A stretch of DNA of 64,000 bases from contig JBAYIX010000001.1 in the NCBI GenBank assembly GCA_041665385.1, positions 47,865 through 111,864 on the forward strand, read 5' to 3'. Positions 1-9,514 of this stretch are shown here, in pieces (the stretch's first letter is position 1; the number at the start of each line of letters is the position of its first letter). Origin of the DNA: Minisyncoccota bacterium. Its GTDB lineage: Bacteria; Patescibacteriota; Minisyncoccia; Phycocordibacterales; PALSA-1337. The notes under the pieces are model-generated. The model worked only from the letters and a program-made list of their open reading frames with translations. It ran no database searches and was not told the origin of the DNA. The position numbers and the translations under genes were made by a program.

Positions 1-443
1 TCACGATTTGTGAAGATGGGTGACGGGTGTTCGGGATGGAAGTGACACTTCATCCCCACAGTGCCGCAATATTTGATGATATGAAGTATTTTTCCGTAGT
101 GCTTCACGCCATGTTCGGACATTGTCGTCCTCAAATAGGGATAGACCTTGCCATCGACGATACCGGCTGATACACACTCATCGATATCCTCTTCTGTAGT
201 ATCTTCCGTGATCATCACAAACGGAATAAAGCGCATAGCCCGTCCGAGAGGGACGAGTCTAGCGGCGACATCGCGGTAAGTTGTCACAGAGCGGGCATTA
301 ACGATTGGCATTTTTAGATTTGGCATGATGCCCAACACATCCGTACCCCCTTCGAGAGCGTACCGAATGAGAGCAGACATGATGTCTTCTCTTTGTCTCA
401 AATGAAAGTGGGTGTCCGCCAAAGATTCAACTTCAATAACATT
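1..443 (-). CDS. pyrC: dihydroorotase (class II, E. coli type), 5' portion only; the gene continues beyond the window start
   Basis: Minus-strand translation from ATG at 443 reads MLLKLNLWADTHFHLRQREDIMSALIRYALEGGTDVLGIMPNLKMPIV...GKVYPYL...HFHPEHP. The DxHxHLR metal-binding motif and overall colinearity match E. coli-type PyrC. Not in the ORF track because it runs off the window. Confidence 0.7.
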
Positions 444-552
444 CATATTGTCCTTTCTTCTGGTTGTTTACTGTCCTATTCTGACGAAACATTAGTCCAT
501 CCGAGACTACAAAGCAACACGCCCAGGTAGAAAGAACCAATGCACACTATTA

Positions 553-1260
553 TCAGATAGCTCGAAATTCTTGAATTATTTTTTCTTCATCCTCGGCATT
601 TAACGCCTTTTTGTACCTGGCGCCGCGAACACCCTTTACTCTTTTTTCACATTCTGGCCAGGAATGATAGATCTTGATATCACCTTTTATGGAACTTATA
701 TATGAATATGCCTTGGCCTTGCTTCGAGATTTTGTCTCCATTTTTTCTGCAGATTTGACCGCTGAATGAGTAATTTTCAAAATATCCGAAACCAAATAAC
801 TAGAGAGTGGTCCATTATACAAATCAAAACTTTTTTTATCTGCAAAAGAAGTAGCAATGACATCACATCTCTCATTTCCAGGAATGCCCACATGCCCGCC
901 GACATATTCCCACTTTATGTTCCTCTCGTCTGCGAGCTCGTCCAGCTTTTCCCACAGATCCCTATTCAGAACCTCGGCTTTTGCGCGCGTCACCCAATCT
1001 ATCTTTTTCCAGCCCTTCACCCATTTTGTAATACCATTTATGAGATATGAAGAGTCGGTATACAGTTTTCCATTAGAACCTTCCGGAATATTTGCTAGTG
1101 CTTGTATAGCCGCGACTAGCTCCATTCTATTATTTGTAGTGTGCTCTTCCCTACCACTCAGCTCTACAACTGTGCCTTTTGCTTCGTCTATGATTATCGC
1201 CCCCCAGCCGCCAGGACCGGGATTGCCACGCGATGCTCCGTCGGTAAAGATGATTGTCAT
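553..1260 (-). CDS. rnhA: ribonuclease HI with a C-terminal Cauli_VI-like (RNA/DNA hybrid-binding) extension
   Basis: N-terminal region TDGASRGNPGPGGWGAII...TNNRMELVAAIQAL...YTDSSYLINGITKWV...GHVGIPGNERCD has the RNase H catalytic motifs. The C-terminal ~60 aa (YSYISSIKGDIKIYHSWPECEKRVKGVRGARYKKALNAEDEE) resembles the caulimovirus-VI / RNase H N-terminal domain, but placed C-terminally. Confidence 0.75.
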   Translation of the reverse strand: MTIIFTDGASRGNPGPGGWGAIIIDEAKGTVVELSGREEHTTNNRMELVAAIQALANIPEGSNGKLYTDSSYLINGITKWVKGWKKIDWVTRAKAEVLNRDLWEKLDELADERNIKWEYVGGHVGIPGNERCDVIATSFADKKSFDLYNGPLSSYLVSDILKITHSAVKSAEKMETKSRSKAKAYSYISSIKGDIKIYHSWPECEKRVKGVRGARYKKALNAEDEEKIIQEFRAI

Positions 1261-1322
1261 CTTTCGATTTTAGCATGTATTGGAATAAAATTTTAGATTT
1301 GTGTATGTTTGCTCAAAAGAAA

Positions 1323-1343
1323 ACCGCTCAGAAAAGCCGAGCG
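1323..1343 (-). terminator. rho-independent terminator hairpin after the ABC exporter gene
   Basis: ccgctc-agaaaagcc-gagcgg gives a 6-bp GC stem. On the minus strand it is followed by TTTTCTTTTG, and it lies between two minus-strand genes. Confidence 0.45.
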
Positions 1344-1377
1344 GCTTCTTTGAGCGGTGTGATCAGATGACGTGCAA

Positions 1378-3207
1378 TTACTGGAATCGATCGGCTTGGA
1401 GCCGGAACAGGCGAGCATAAATACCTCCCTGTCGCATGAGTGCCGCATGACTTCCGATCTCGGCAACGGAGCCGTTTTCCAGAACACAGATGCGATCGGC
1501 TTGCACAACATTTGCATAGTTATGCGAGATGAGCACCGCCGATGTTTTCCCTTTGAGACTATAGAGCCTCTCAAATATGGCAGCCTCGGCCTTCGCATCA
1601 GTGGCCGCTGTCGGCTCGTCCAGAATAGCGAAATGAGCTTTGCGGTATGATACCCGCGCCAGAACAAGTCGTTGAGACTGACCCCGAGAGAGATCGATCC
1701 CGCCGAATTCCCGACCAATCTGCTGAGAGTAGCCTTCGTCAAACTTCTCAATGAACCTGTCGGCTCCTGAGAACTTTGCTGACTCGAGTACTCGTTCGCG
1801 CCGTATCGGATCGGTTGTCCTACCTAGGGCGATAACCTCATCAGCTTTGAAACAATACTCCCCATACCATTGCGCGAGAATAGCGAGCTCTGCATACCAC
1901 GATTGGAGGTCGATGGTCTTCAGATCGATACCATCGATAAGGATCTTCCCTTTGTCTGGGTCGTACACGCGACAGAGTAACTTTGCCAACGTAGTCTTAC
2001 CTGCTCCATTTTCCCCGACGATAGCCAAGATTTCTCCAGGTTTGATCGTGAGGGATACGTTTCGCAGGACAGGCTCGCTTTGATCCGGATATGTGAATGT
2101 CACATTCCGAAACTCGATAGTCGGGATTTTACCCCGACACACAACAATACCGTTCTCAGGCTGTTTGATCACAGGCTCGGTCGCCAGTACTTTTCTAATG
2201 TCACTGGCAAAGAGACTGTTCTCGTACTGCCTCGCCAGAGTGTTGAACAGTCCGGAGAATGAACTCTGGAAACTGAACAATGTACCAGTAATAAATAGCC
2301 AAGTCCCTATCTGAGTCTCTCCGCTGACAACTCTCATAATCACTATGAGAACCGTCAAGGAGATCGCCAGGGTAGAGACCATTCCCGAGATCAGATCTGC
2401 ACGGAACTTCTTCTTGTCATTGACTCTATGCTCGGCATTAAAGCCTTTGAGCATACTTTCAACGCGTGTGATGAAGTGTCCAACGTTCTGAAACACTTGT
2501 AGTTCGAAAAGATTCGAACTACTTTGGAATTTGTTACGGAGATGAAAGAATCTCCTCCGTGTGGTCGACTGGGTATCGTAGATGTCCCAGACGTTGTGAC
2601 TGTATCGGAACTGAGCGATCAAGGATGGGATTTCTCCAAATGCGACCATGAGCCAGAGCGTACTGTCGATCGACAGTAGGATCGCCGAGGCTATGACCAA
2701 ACCGGCCACCGATGACAACATGTCGTACTGACCCTCCAGGAGATTTATCAAGGAAAAGATTCCCCGCTCACCTGCCTTATTTGAGAGGTCTTGAAATGCT
2801 GGATCTTCATGACGCGCCAAGTCTAGCTCAGAACGTTTCTTCAACATCATCATCTCGAACCTTTCAGACATGACCATGTGCAATGCCTTTTCCCAATACC
2901 GCTTCAATGAATGAAGCAGACTAGGCAATGCATATGCGAACATGAGAAGACCGACAGAGAAGGTCAACATCAAGGTGAATTGTCCGTAACGACTAGCTCT
3001 CATGAGCTCGTTCACTACTAAGGCGTTTGCGCCCGATCGCAGGAATGACAGTAAAGTCATTGCCAAGGTGACCGCAAACATAAGGATGACCAAATTGTGG
3101 CTCTCTTGCCAAGCCAACTTGGCTACCACGACCATGTTCCGAAACATCTCGACCACAGAAGCGATAGAAAGTGACGTTTTTGCCACTTTCTCTTTTTCGA
3201 TATTCAT
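1378..3207 (-). CDS. ABC transporter, fused permease/ATP-binding exporter (MsbA-like)
   Basis: N-terminal half has multiple transmembrane helices. C-terminal half has Walker A GENGAGKTTLAKLL, an ABC signature variant LSRGQSQRL and Walker B ILDEPTAATD. Confidence 0.8.
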   Translation of the reverse strand: MNIEKEKVAKTSLSIASVVEMFRNMVVVAKLAWQESHNLVILMFAVTLAMTLLSFLRSGANALVVNELMRASRYGQFTLMLTFSVGLLMFAYALPSLLHSLKRYWEKALHMVMSERFEMMMLKKRSELDLARHEDPAFQDLSNKAGERGIFSLINLLEGQYDMLSSVAGLVIASAILLSIDSTLWLMVAFGEIPSLIAQFRYSHNVWDIYDTQSTTRRRFFHLRNKFQSSSNLFELQVFQNVGHFITRVESMLKGFNAEHRVNDKKKFRADLISGMVSTLAISLTVLIVIMRVVSGETQIGTWLFITGTLFSFQSSFSGLFNTLARQYENSLFASDIRKVLATEPVIKQPENGIVVCRGKIPTIEFRNVTFTYPDQSEPVLRNVSLTIKPGEILAIVGENGAGKTTLAKLLCRVYDPDKGKILIDGIDLKTIDLQSWYAELAILAQWYGEYCFKADEVIALGRTTDPIRRERVLESAKFSGADRFIEKFDEGYSQQIGREFGGIDLSRGQSQRLVLARVSYRKAHFAILDEPTAATDAKAEAAIFERLYSLKGKTSAVLISHNYANVVQADRICVLENGSVAEIGSHAALMRQGGIYARLFRLQADRFQ

Positions 3208-3292
3208 TTCTCAAGGTCCTTTCGTTTGTTGTGAATTCTCCTATATTATACTACACATATAGATGCTTGTCTAGTAACTTGCAAGTAACCCA

Positions 3293-5050
3293 TTACACCC
3301 CCATAAAAACCTCCACGACCCTCATCCTAAGCTCCGTCTTGCCACCAAACATAGATTTTTCTAGTGTTGATATGAGATCTATCTTACTCTTCGGCTGTAC
3401 TTCCCTAGCCCAATCGCTTGATGCCCCAAAAAAGGATATGGCCTTTAGCTTTTCCCCGCTTAGTTTCTGAAAAGTCAGTTCCACATGCTCCTTTGTCTTA
3501 CCAAATATTTTTAGAGATTCCACTGTAATATTTCGAAATAGGAAAACTGGTTTTTTATTGCCTGTGCCGAATGGCGCAAGTTTGGCAATATCGTTATAAA
3601 GATTCCAATTCACTGCATCGAGAGTTAGCTCTGCGTCTATCTCGTCACCATTTACGGCAGAAATTTCCGTTACGCCTGCAAGCGCAGCTTTTTCCATATT
3701 AGATAATGCCGCTTCATTTAGCCTTTGCTCGAGATAGTGCACAGCGTCATTTGCGACAGCGAAGCCCCCTGAATGTTTGTGTCCACCAAACTGTACGAAA
3801 ACCCCCTCGGGCACAGCACGCATGAGCTCTACCACATGAGTCCTGCCTTCCGAACGACAAGAACCCTTTATAGCATTGTCACCATCGCGCCCCCAAAGGA
3901 AAACAGGTCTGTCATATTCTTCGGCACAGGTGTTCGCCGCAAGACCTAGGAGTGCAGGTCTCCAACTAGGATTACCCAGGACTATCACACTCGGTATACT
4001 CTGACTCTCCTTCTGACTGCCATAGCGATCACGCAAAGTCTTCTTTATTTCCTTAACCAGAGCCGCGACTACCCCTTTCCTTTCGTTATTTATCTCATCC
4101 AAATGATCCGCCGCACTGCTCGCATCCGTATCATTGTCTGCTGTGAGCATACGAAATGCATCCATGGGCACACCCATTCGCGAAGCGGCATTGATGCGTG
4201 GTGTTATCATAAAAGCGATATCATCCTCCGTCACATACCTTTGTTGTATTCGCAATTTGGAAAGCATTTTTATCAAACCTTTCCTCGGACTCTTGCGCAG
4301 CACATCGAGACCATATCTGGCAAATACACGATTCTCCCCCACCAGAGGCACCATGTCTGACATTGTAGCCATACCGACCAGGTCCAGCATCCATTTTTCC
4401 ATACCTTCCTTCATACCCAGCCTGTCTTTTTTCAATATCGCCTGAATGAGTTTGAAACCGACACCAGTACCACAAAGATTTTTATCAGGATATAAGCAGT
4501 CTGCCTGTTTGTGATCTATGATGGCAAAAGCCGCCGGCAATATGAGCGGTGGCTCATGATGATCCGTGATTATTACGTCCACCTCCAGACTATTCGCATG
4601 CGCCACGGGACCCACGTCCGATATGCCGCAGTCGAGCGTAACCAAGAGCTTCACACCCCCTCTCGCAAGCTCAGTCACAGCGTCATCATTCAAACCAAAA
4701 CCTTCGTCATGACGATGTGGGATATATATAACAAAGTTTTTGTACCCTATACGAGCAAAAAATTCATGCCACATGGCCGCGCCGGGTATACCATCGGCAT
4801 CATAGTCGCTATATATCGCCACTTTTTCTTCATTTCGTATGGCTCCGAGTATCCTATCTGCCGCTTTTTCGGCATCCTTTAGGAGAAATGGGTCATGTAT
4901 ATCACGATCGTAATCCGGAGCGATAAATTTTCCCGCCTTTTCCGCATCATCAATACCCCTGTGATACAAAAGATGTGACAAAAGTGTAGAAAATGGCGCG
5001 AGTTGGAGCTGTTCTACCGTGCTCAGTTGTCGGCGTATAGCATACTTCAC
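3293..5050 (-). CDS. recJ: single-stranded-DNA-specific exonuclease RecJ
   Basis: DHH phosphoesterase motifs (DYDADGIPGAAMW, ITDHH), a DHHA1-like region and a C-terminal OB-like extension. Length 585 aa. Confidence 0.8.
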   Translation of the reverse strand: MKYAIRRQLSTVEQLQLAPFSTLLSHLLYHRGIDDAEKAGKFIAPDYDRDIHDPFLLKDAEKAADRILGAIRNEEKVAIYSDYDADGIPGAAMWHEFFARIGYKNFVIYIPHRHDEGFGLNDDAVTELARGGVKLLVTLDCGISDVGPVAHANSLEVDVIITDHHEPPLILPAAFAIIDHKQADCLYPDKNLCGTGVGFKLIQAILKKDRLGMKEGMEKWMLDLVGMATMSDMVPLVGENRVFARYGLDVLRKSPRKGLIKMLSKLRIQQRYVTEDDIAFMITPRINAASRMGVPMDAFRMLTADNDTDASSAADHLDEINNERKGVVAALVKEIKKTLRDRYGSQKESQSIPSVIVLGNPSWRPALLGLAANTCAEEYDRPVFLWGRDGDNAIKGSCRSEGRTHVVELMRAVPEGVFVQFGGHKHSGGFAVANDAVHYLEQRLNEAALSNMEKAALAGVTEISAVNGDEIDAELTLDAVNWNLYNDIAKLAPFGTGNKKPVFLFRNITVESLKIFGKTKEHVELTFQKLSGEKLKAISFFGASSDWAREVQPKSKIDLISTLEKSMFGGKTELRMRVVEVFMGV

Positions 5051-5081
5051 GAGAGAAAGTATAGCATGCTAAACTTGAGCC

Positions 5082-5444
5082 ATGGATAACTGCATATTTT
5101 GCAAAATAGTTCGGAAAGAAATACCGGCACATATAGTCTATGAGGACGAACGATTCTTGGCATTTCTTTCTAGTGAACCATTATCCGTCGGTCATGTTTT
5201 GGTTATTCCCAAAAAACACTACAGATGGGTATGGGATGTCGAGAATGCAGGTGAGTATTTCGAAACTGTAAAGAAAATCGCTCACGCCCAGAGAAAAGCT
5301 TTCTCTACGGAGTTTATAATGAGCAAGATTGTGGGCGAAGAAGTACCCCACGCCCATATCTGGGTCTTTCCTTCAAAAGAAATCGCCGGCGATAAGGATG
5401 ACCTAGCCGGCAATGCAAAAAAGATTATAGATTGTCTCCGTTGA
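5082..5444 (+). CDS. HIT-family (histidine triad) nucleotide hydrolase
   Basis: Histidine triad motif VPHAHIWVFP near the C-terminus, N-terminal CIFCKI zinc-binding motif, 120 aa. Confidence 0.8.
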   Translation: MDNCIFCKIVRKEIPAHIVYEDERFLAFLSSEPLSVGHVLVIPKKHYRWVWDVENAGEYFETVKKIAHAQRKAFSTEFIMSKIVGEEVPHAHIWVFPSKEIAGDKDDLAGNAKKIIDCLR

Positions 5445-6558
5445 GAGCCTGTATACCTGGAAGTGTACCCTTGGCCAGGAAGTCGAGCATAGCCCCGCCT
5501 CCGGAGGAAACAAAAGTAAAATCTTGTGTAAGCTTCATATCTTCGAGTGCGGCCACTGTATCTCCTCCACCGACGACGGACATAAGACCTCTTTTCGTAT
5601 TTTCTGCAATACATTTTGCCAAATCTTCCGTCCCCTTATTATAACCAAGCTCATACAATCCGATTGTGCCGTTCCAAAGTACAAACCGGGCTCCTGCTAT
5701 CTTTTCCTTTAACATCGCCATAGTTTTTGGCCCGGCGTCTACTATCTTGCCATCCTTGGGAAAACCTTCTGGTAGCCAGATCTGCTTTTTCTCATCCATG
5801 ACGTCTATAGGAAGAAGAAGTTTGGTATTGCTTGCATATTGCGATAGGTCTATGTTCCCCGCAGAAACTAGTGAGGTTCCGAGCTCATATCCTTTTTGTT
5901 TGAAAAAGTCATTTGCCAACGCACCACCAACGAAGACTGTGTCTGCTATCTCCAAAAACTTTTTCAATAGAGGCAACTTTGTCTCGAACTTCGCACCATT
6001 CAAGATGAAGACAAAAGGTCGCGGAGGATTGAAAGTCCTAGAGAGATGTTCTACTTCTTTCTCTAGTTGCAGTCCGGCATAGCTCGGTATGAGTTTTGGC
6101 ACAGAAAATATTGATGCATGCTCTCGATGAGAAGAAGGAAATGCTTCATTTACATACATGTCGCCAAATGAAGCCAGCTGTCTAGCAAAAGCCATATCAT
6201 TATTCTTTTCGCCTTCGTAGAATCGAAGATTTTCCAATAAAACCACATCGCCATTCTTCATCTTCTCTTCGATGTAACTATGAGCGATCTTGTAGTCTTC
6301 TATGAAAGTACAAGGCATTCCCAACTTCACTATGCGTTCATTAACAGGCTTGAATGACAAATTCTTACCGTCACTAGACTCTATGTGTGCGATCAGGATG
6401 ACTTTGGCACCCCTCTCCTTCAAGTATGAGATCGTCGGCAAAACTATTCGGATACGAAAATCATCTGTTATCTTGCCGTCCTGCATGGGCACATTGAGAT
6501 CGGCACGTACGAGTACCCTCACCCCTTCCAGATGTTCTATGTCTCGTATGGTCTTCAT
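5425..6558 (-). CDS. pgk: phosphoglycerate kinase
   Basis: N-terminus MKTIRDIEHLEGVRVLVRADLNVP plus the glycine-rich C-terminal nucleotide-binding region GGGDTVAAL...SGGGAMLDFL. Length 377 aa. Confidence 0.9.
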   Translation of the reverse strand: MKTIRDIEHLEGVRVLVRADLNVPMQDGKITDDFRIRIVLPTISYLKERGAKVILIAHIESSDGKNLSFKPVNERIVKLGMPCTFIEDYKIAHSYIEEKMKNGDVVLLENLRFYEGEKNNDMAFARQLASFGDMYVNEAFPSSHREHASIFSVPKLIPSYAGLQLEKEVEHLSRTFNPPRPFVFILNGAKFETKLPLLKKFLEIADTVFVGGALANDFFKQKGYELGTSLVSAGNIDLSQYASNTKLLLPIDVMDEKKQIWLPEGFPKDGKIVDAGPKTMAMLKEKIAGARFVLWNGTIGLYELGYNKGTEDLAKCIAENTKRGLMSVVGGGDTVAALEDMKLTQDFTFVSSGGGAMLDFLAKGTLPGIQALNGDNL

Positions 6559-7322
6559 ATGTCGAGGGTATCTACGGCGCGGAGTAGCTCCACAAAACCA
6601 ACAGAATTTACACTTTCTCTGCCTACCAAGAAACCGTCTGCTTTGCCTATTGTTATGATATCTGGAGCATTGTGAGAATTTACCGATCCACCATAGAGAA
6701 CCCTGGTCTTTATGCCAGCGTCTGGAGTGAAGACATCGGCAAATATTTTCTTTACAAACAACGATGTCTCATAAACATCTTCTGGTCGCATTGCGTCCTT
6801 GCCACCTATGGCCCAGACGGGCTCGTAGGCTATGACTATGTCTTTTGTAAATTTTTTTGCTACTCCCTCGAGACTATTACGGATCTGATTTTTCAGACTT
6901 TCAAGGTATGATCCCTCTGGGTCGCGGGTATTTTCCCCCACGCAGACTATGGCTTGCATGCCCTGCTCGAGCACATTTCGCAAACGCTTCGAAACATTTG
7001 CATCTGTGTCTCCTTTTTGCCTTTGTTCAGAATGTCCTACCACCACATATTCTACTCCCATATCTTTGAGCATGGTCGCGCTGACTTCACCGGTATGTGG
7101 CCCAGTATCTACTTCTGTAGATGCAGATTGCGCACCCAAGAAAAAATTTTTGGGTATCTCCCGAGACTTACATACGGAAATATATGGAAATGGTGGACAT
7201 ATCACAGCTTCTGTTCTTTCTAGGCTAGCTGCGGCCAAGCGAAATTTGCGTGCGAGGTTCTTTGCCTCGATTACCGTGGCCGGGTTCATCTTCCAGTTAC
7301 CTGCTACAAGTCTTTTGTTCAT
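6555..7322 (-). CDS. tpiA: triosephosphate isomerase. Likely start is the internal Met at 7322; the ORF-track start is 7388
   Basis: VAGNWKMN, VVGHSEQR and AYEPVWAIGG motifs. Overlaps the pgk stop, suggesting an operon. Confidence 0.9.
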   Translation of the reverse strand: MNKRLVAGNWKMNPATVIEAKNLARKFRLAAASLERTEAVICPPFPYISVCKSREIPKNFFLGAQSASTEVDTGPHTGEVSATMLKDMGVEYVVVGHSEQRQKGDTDANVSKRLRNVLEQGMQAIVCVGENTRDPEGSYLESLKNQIRNSLEGVAKKFTKDIVIAYEPVWAIGGKDAMRPEDVYETSLFVKKIFADVFTPDAGIKTRVLYGGSVNSHNAPDIITIGKADGFLVGRESVNSVGFVELLRAVDTLDI

Positions 7323-7369
7323 GAGTGTAATTGTAACAAGTAGCAAATAAAAAGCGAATTCCTTGTCTA

Positions 7370-8884
7370 TTAGTTCACTTCCTGCCAAGACAACGGTATG
7401 TACGAACTAGATGAAAGCGGAAACGACGGCGGAGGACCATAGAGAAGATCCGGGTCATAGGTAACATCTCGTACACAGTAGCCACTGCCGATATTACCTA
7501 TAGCTCCACCACAATTGAAGTTTGAGCCAGTATAAGAAAATCCGTACCTGACGTATGTCGCTATCATTCCATAGAGAGTGAGGGAATTGCGTGTATATGT
7601 GCTGCCACAATCGGAATTGTAATAATACCTGCCTACCCTGCCCGTCTGAGCCACCAGGGCCGCATCTATTTCCAGATCTGTATCGCTATAAAGGCCGACT
7701 GTCACATTTCCTTGTGCTATAAGGCCGATAGAGTTACTACCATCTTGAGTCGCATAGCTCAGATCCGCATTTATTATGATATCCGGCGGTGTCGCAGGCT
7801 GAGGCAGTTTGGCCGCAGCGATGGTTACCCGGGCTCCATTCCCCACTCTGCCGTCCACCCAAACATTATCTGCCACAAATATTACTCCATTGGACGGGAG
7901 CTTATTACCTGTCGATATGGTTTGTTCGGGGTTGCCTGTATTACCAATACTCCAGCTTCCCCAGTTGGTCTGACTGGCATCATTGCCACATTGGTTCGGC
8001 ACACTGCGGAGGGACTTCACTTTTTTTAGGTCATAGGTAGTAGTGCCATTGTTATTGTAGAAGATAATATGATAACCGTAGTTTCCACTACCCGACGCGG
8101 CAATATTATATTTATTCGTAATAGGATCCGAAGCTATTGCAGCTACCTGAAGCTGGTTAAAATTTGCAGTAATACCGGAAAAACTCACTGCAGGATTCGA
8201 AAGTTGCCTCCCCGCCACAAAAACGTCCGGCCTATTTGGCAATACTGTAGGTGGATTTGGATCATTTGCACCAGACTCCGTAAATACTGCCCACCGGAGC
8301 GCACATGCAGGATAAGGTGAACATGACACATCGGGGTCAGTAGTCGTAGAAAGTGCACTCGCAACTACATTGTTCGCTATACCGTCGAAGTGAATACCCT
8401 GATTTGCATGTATTGGCCCATTTACGACCGTACCAGCACCAAAACGCATAAAATCATTTGCTACAAAAGCGTATTTTGCAAAAGAAGGAATAGCCAAGGT
8501 GGACAGGAGAGTTCTAGAAATACTACTGCTCGCAAGTGTGCCAACAGAGCGTATCTTTACCAAAGTAGAACCTATAGGCGGCGGGGTGATAGTCAGACTG
8601 TATGTCCCCAGAATATTTCCAGACTCGTCAGCAAAGTTGTGGACATATGGTCCAGGGTTTGTGGTCCCGTCTCTGAAATCAGATGGTGAATGCGCTAGGT
8701 GCCAACGATAATATTCTATACCTGCCTCCGCTATCTGCAGAGCCTGCTCTTTTTGCTGTAAGTTTTTCACCGAACGAAATATCTGAACACTCCAATTCAC
8801 TAAACCGGTCGTAATAACCACAGCTATGGTTGCAAATATGAGCACGTTTACCAAAACCATTCCTTTTGAAGGATTCTTACTCAT
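7370..8884 (-). CDS. pilus-associated protein with a non-canonical pilin-like N-terminus (hypothetical)
   Basis: Last gene of the pilB-pilC-pilin-pilin operon. N-terminus MSKNPSKGMVLVNVLIFATIAVV resembles a prepilin leader plus hydrophobic helix but lacks the conserved Glu5 (N instead). Large Gly/Ser/Thr/Asn-rich beta-type C-terminal region. Confidence 0.4.
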   Translation of the reverse strand: MSKNPSKGMVLVNVLIFATIAVVITTGLVNWSVQIFRSVKNLQQKEQALQIAEAGIEYYRWHLAHSPSDFRDGTTNPGPYVHNFADESGNILGTYSLTITPPPIGSTLVKIRSVGTLASSSISRTLLSTLAIPSFAKYAFVANDFMRFGAGTVVNGPIHANQGIHFDGIANNVVASALSTTTDPDVSCSPYPACALRWAVFTESGANDPNPPTVLPNRPDVFVAGRQLSNPAVSFSGITANFNQLQVAAIASDPITNKYNIAASGSGNYGYHIIFYNNNGTTTYDLKKVKSLRSVPNQCGNDASQTNWGSWSIGNTGNPEQTISTGNKLPSNGVIFVADNVWVDGRVGNGARVTIAAAKLPQPATPPDIIINADLSYATQDGSNSIGLIAQGNVTVGLYSDTDLEIDAALVAQTGRVGRYYYNSDCGSTYTRNSLTLYGMIATYVRYGFSYTGSNFNCGGAIGNIGSGYCVRDVTYDPDLLYGPPPSFPLSSSSYIPLSWQEVN

Positions 8885-9507
8885 AGATTGTTTTTGAGAT
8901 TGCGCAAGGATACGCTACTGCTAAAGGTTCTAGGTATTGGCGAGCGGTTCGGGTCGGAGTCAATGATAATAGTTACATTTATAAGCCTCACAGAGGAAAT
9001 GCTGAGCGGATATGAAAGAGGAGAACTAGTACCTTGGTACGAACTATCAAAGTATCTGAATACTGGCAAGGTACTGGAAGCTCTGACACCTGTAGCCAGG
9101 ATCTTCAATGTCTCATTTGCAGGGTTGTATACCGGCGGATTCCCTGTGGGTATGATCTGTCCCCTGTACAGAGTGGTACTGGAGAGAAAATATCGGACCT
9201 TTTCTATTGCTGTATCGTTATTCACATTATTAAAAAAGGTTATGGAGCTGGTCGCTGCGGAAAATATGGCATAAGATCCGCTCGCAGAAGGGATCATGGA
9301 CCGGAGTTCTTTTGTCATGGGCTTCAAGACTGCCTCTGCCTGCCAGGTATTTGTGATCTGTGTCTGTGACTGATTCGTATAGATAAAAATATTCGCTTCG
9401 AAAGCAAAGACTGCGACCATGACAATGCCGATAACAGCTATGACCACCAACATTTCTGCAAGTGTCATTCCCTTTTTCAACAAATATTTTGATGATTGTG
9501 GTGACAT
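8881..9507 (-). CDS. type IV pilin / pseudopilin (prepilin-type N-terminal cleavage/methylation domain)
   Basis: The leader MSPQSSKYLLKKG precedes the cleavage site. Mature N-terminus MTLAEMLVVIAVIGIVMVAV is the class III signal peptide motif G|(F/M)TLxE. Confidence 0.75.
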   Translation of the reverse strand: MSPQSSKYLLKKGMTLAEMLVVIAVIGIVMVAVFAFEANIFIYTNQSQTQITNTWQAEAVLKPMTKELRSMIPSASGSYAIFSAATSSITFFNNVNNDTAIEKVRYFLSSTTLYRGQIIPTGNPPVYNPANETLKILATGVRASSTLPVFRYFDSSYQGTSSPLSYPLSISSVRLINVTIIIDSDPNRSPIPRTFSSSVSLRNLKNNL

Positions 9508-9514
9508 ATGAGAT

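Noticed and set aside
1293-1751. 152-aa minus-strand ORF in an alternate frame of the ABC exporter
   Set aside because: Fully overlapped by the 609-aa ABC transporter, which has clear Walker motifs in the other frame.
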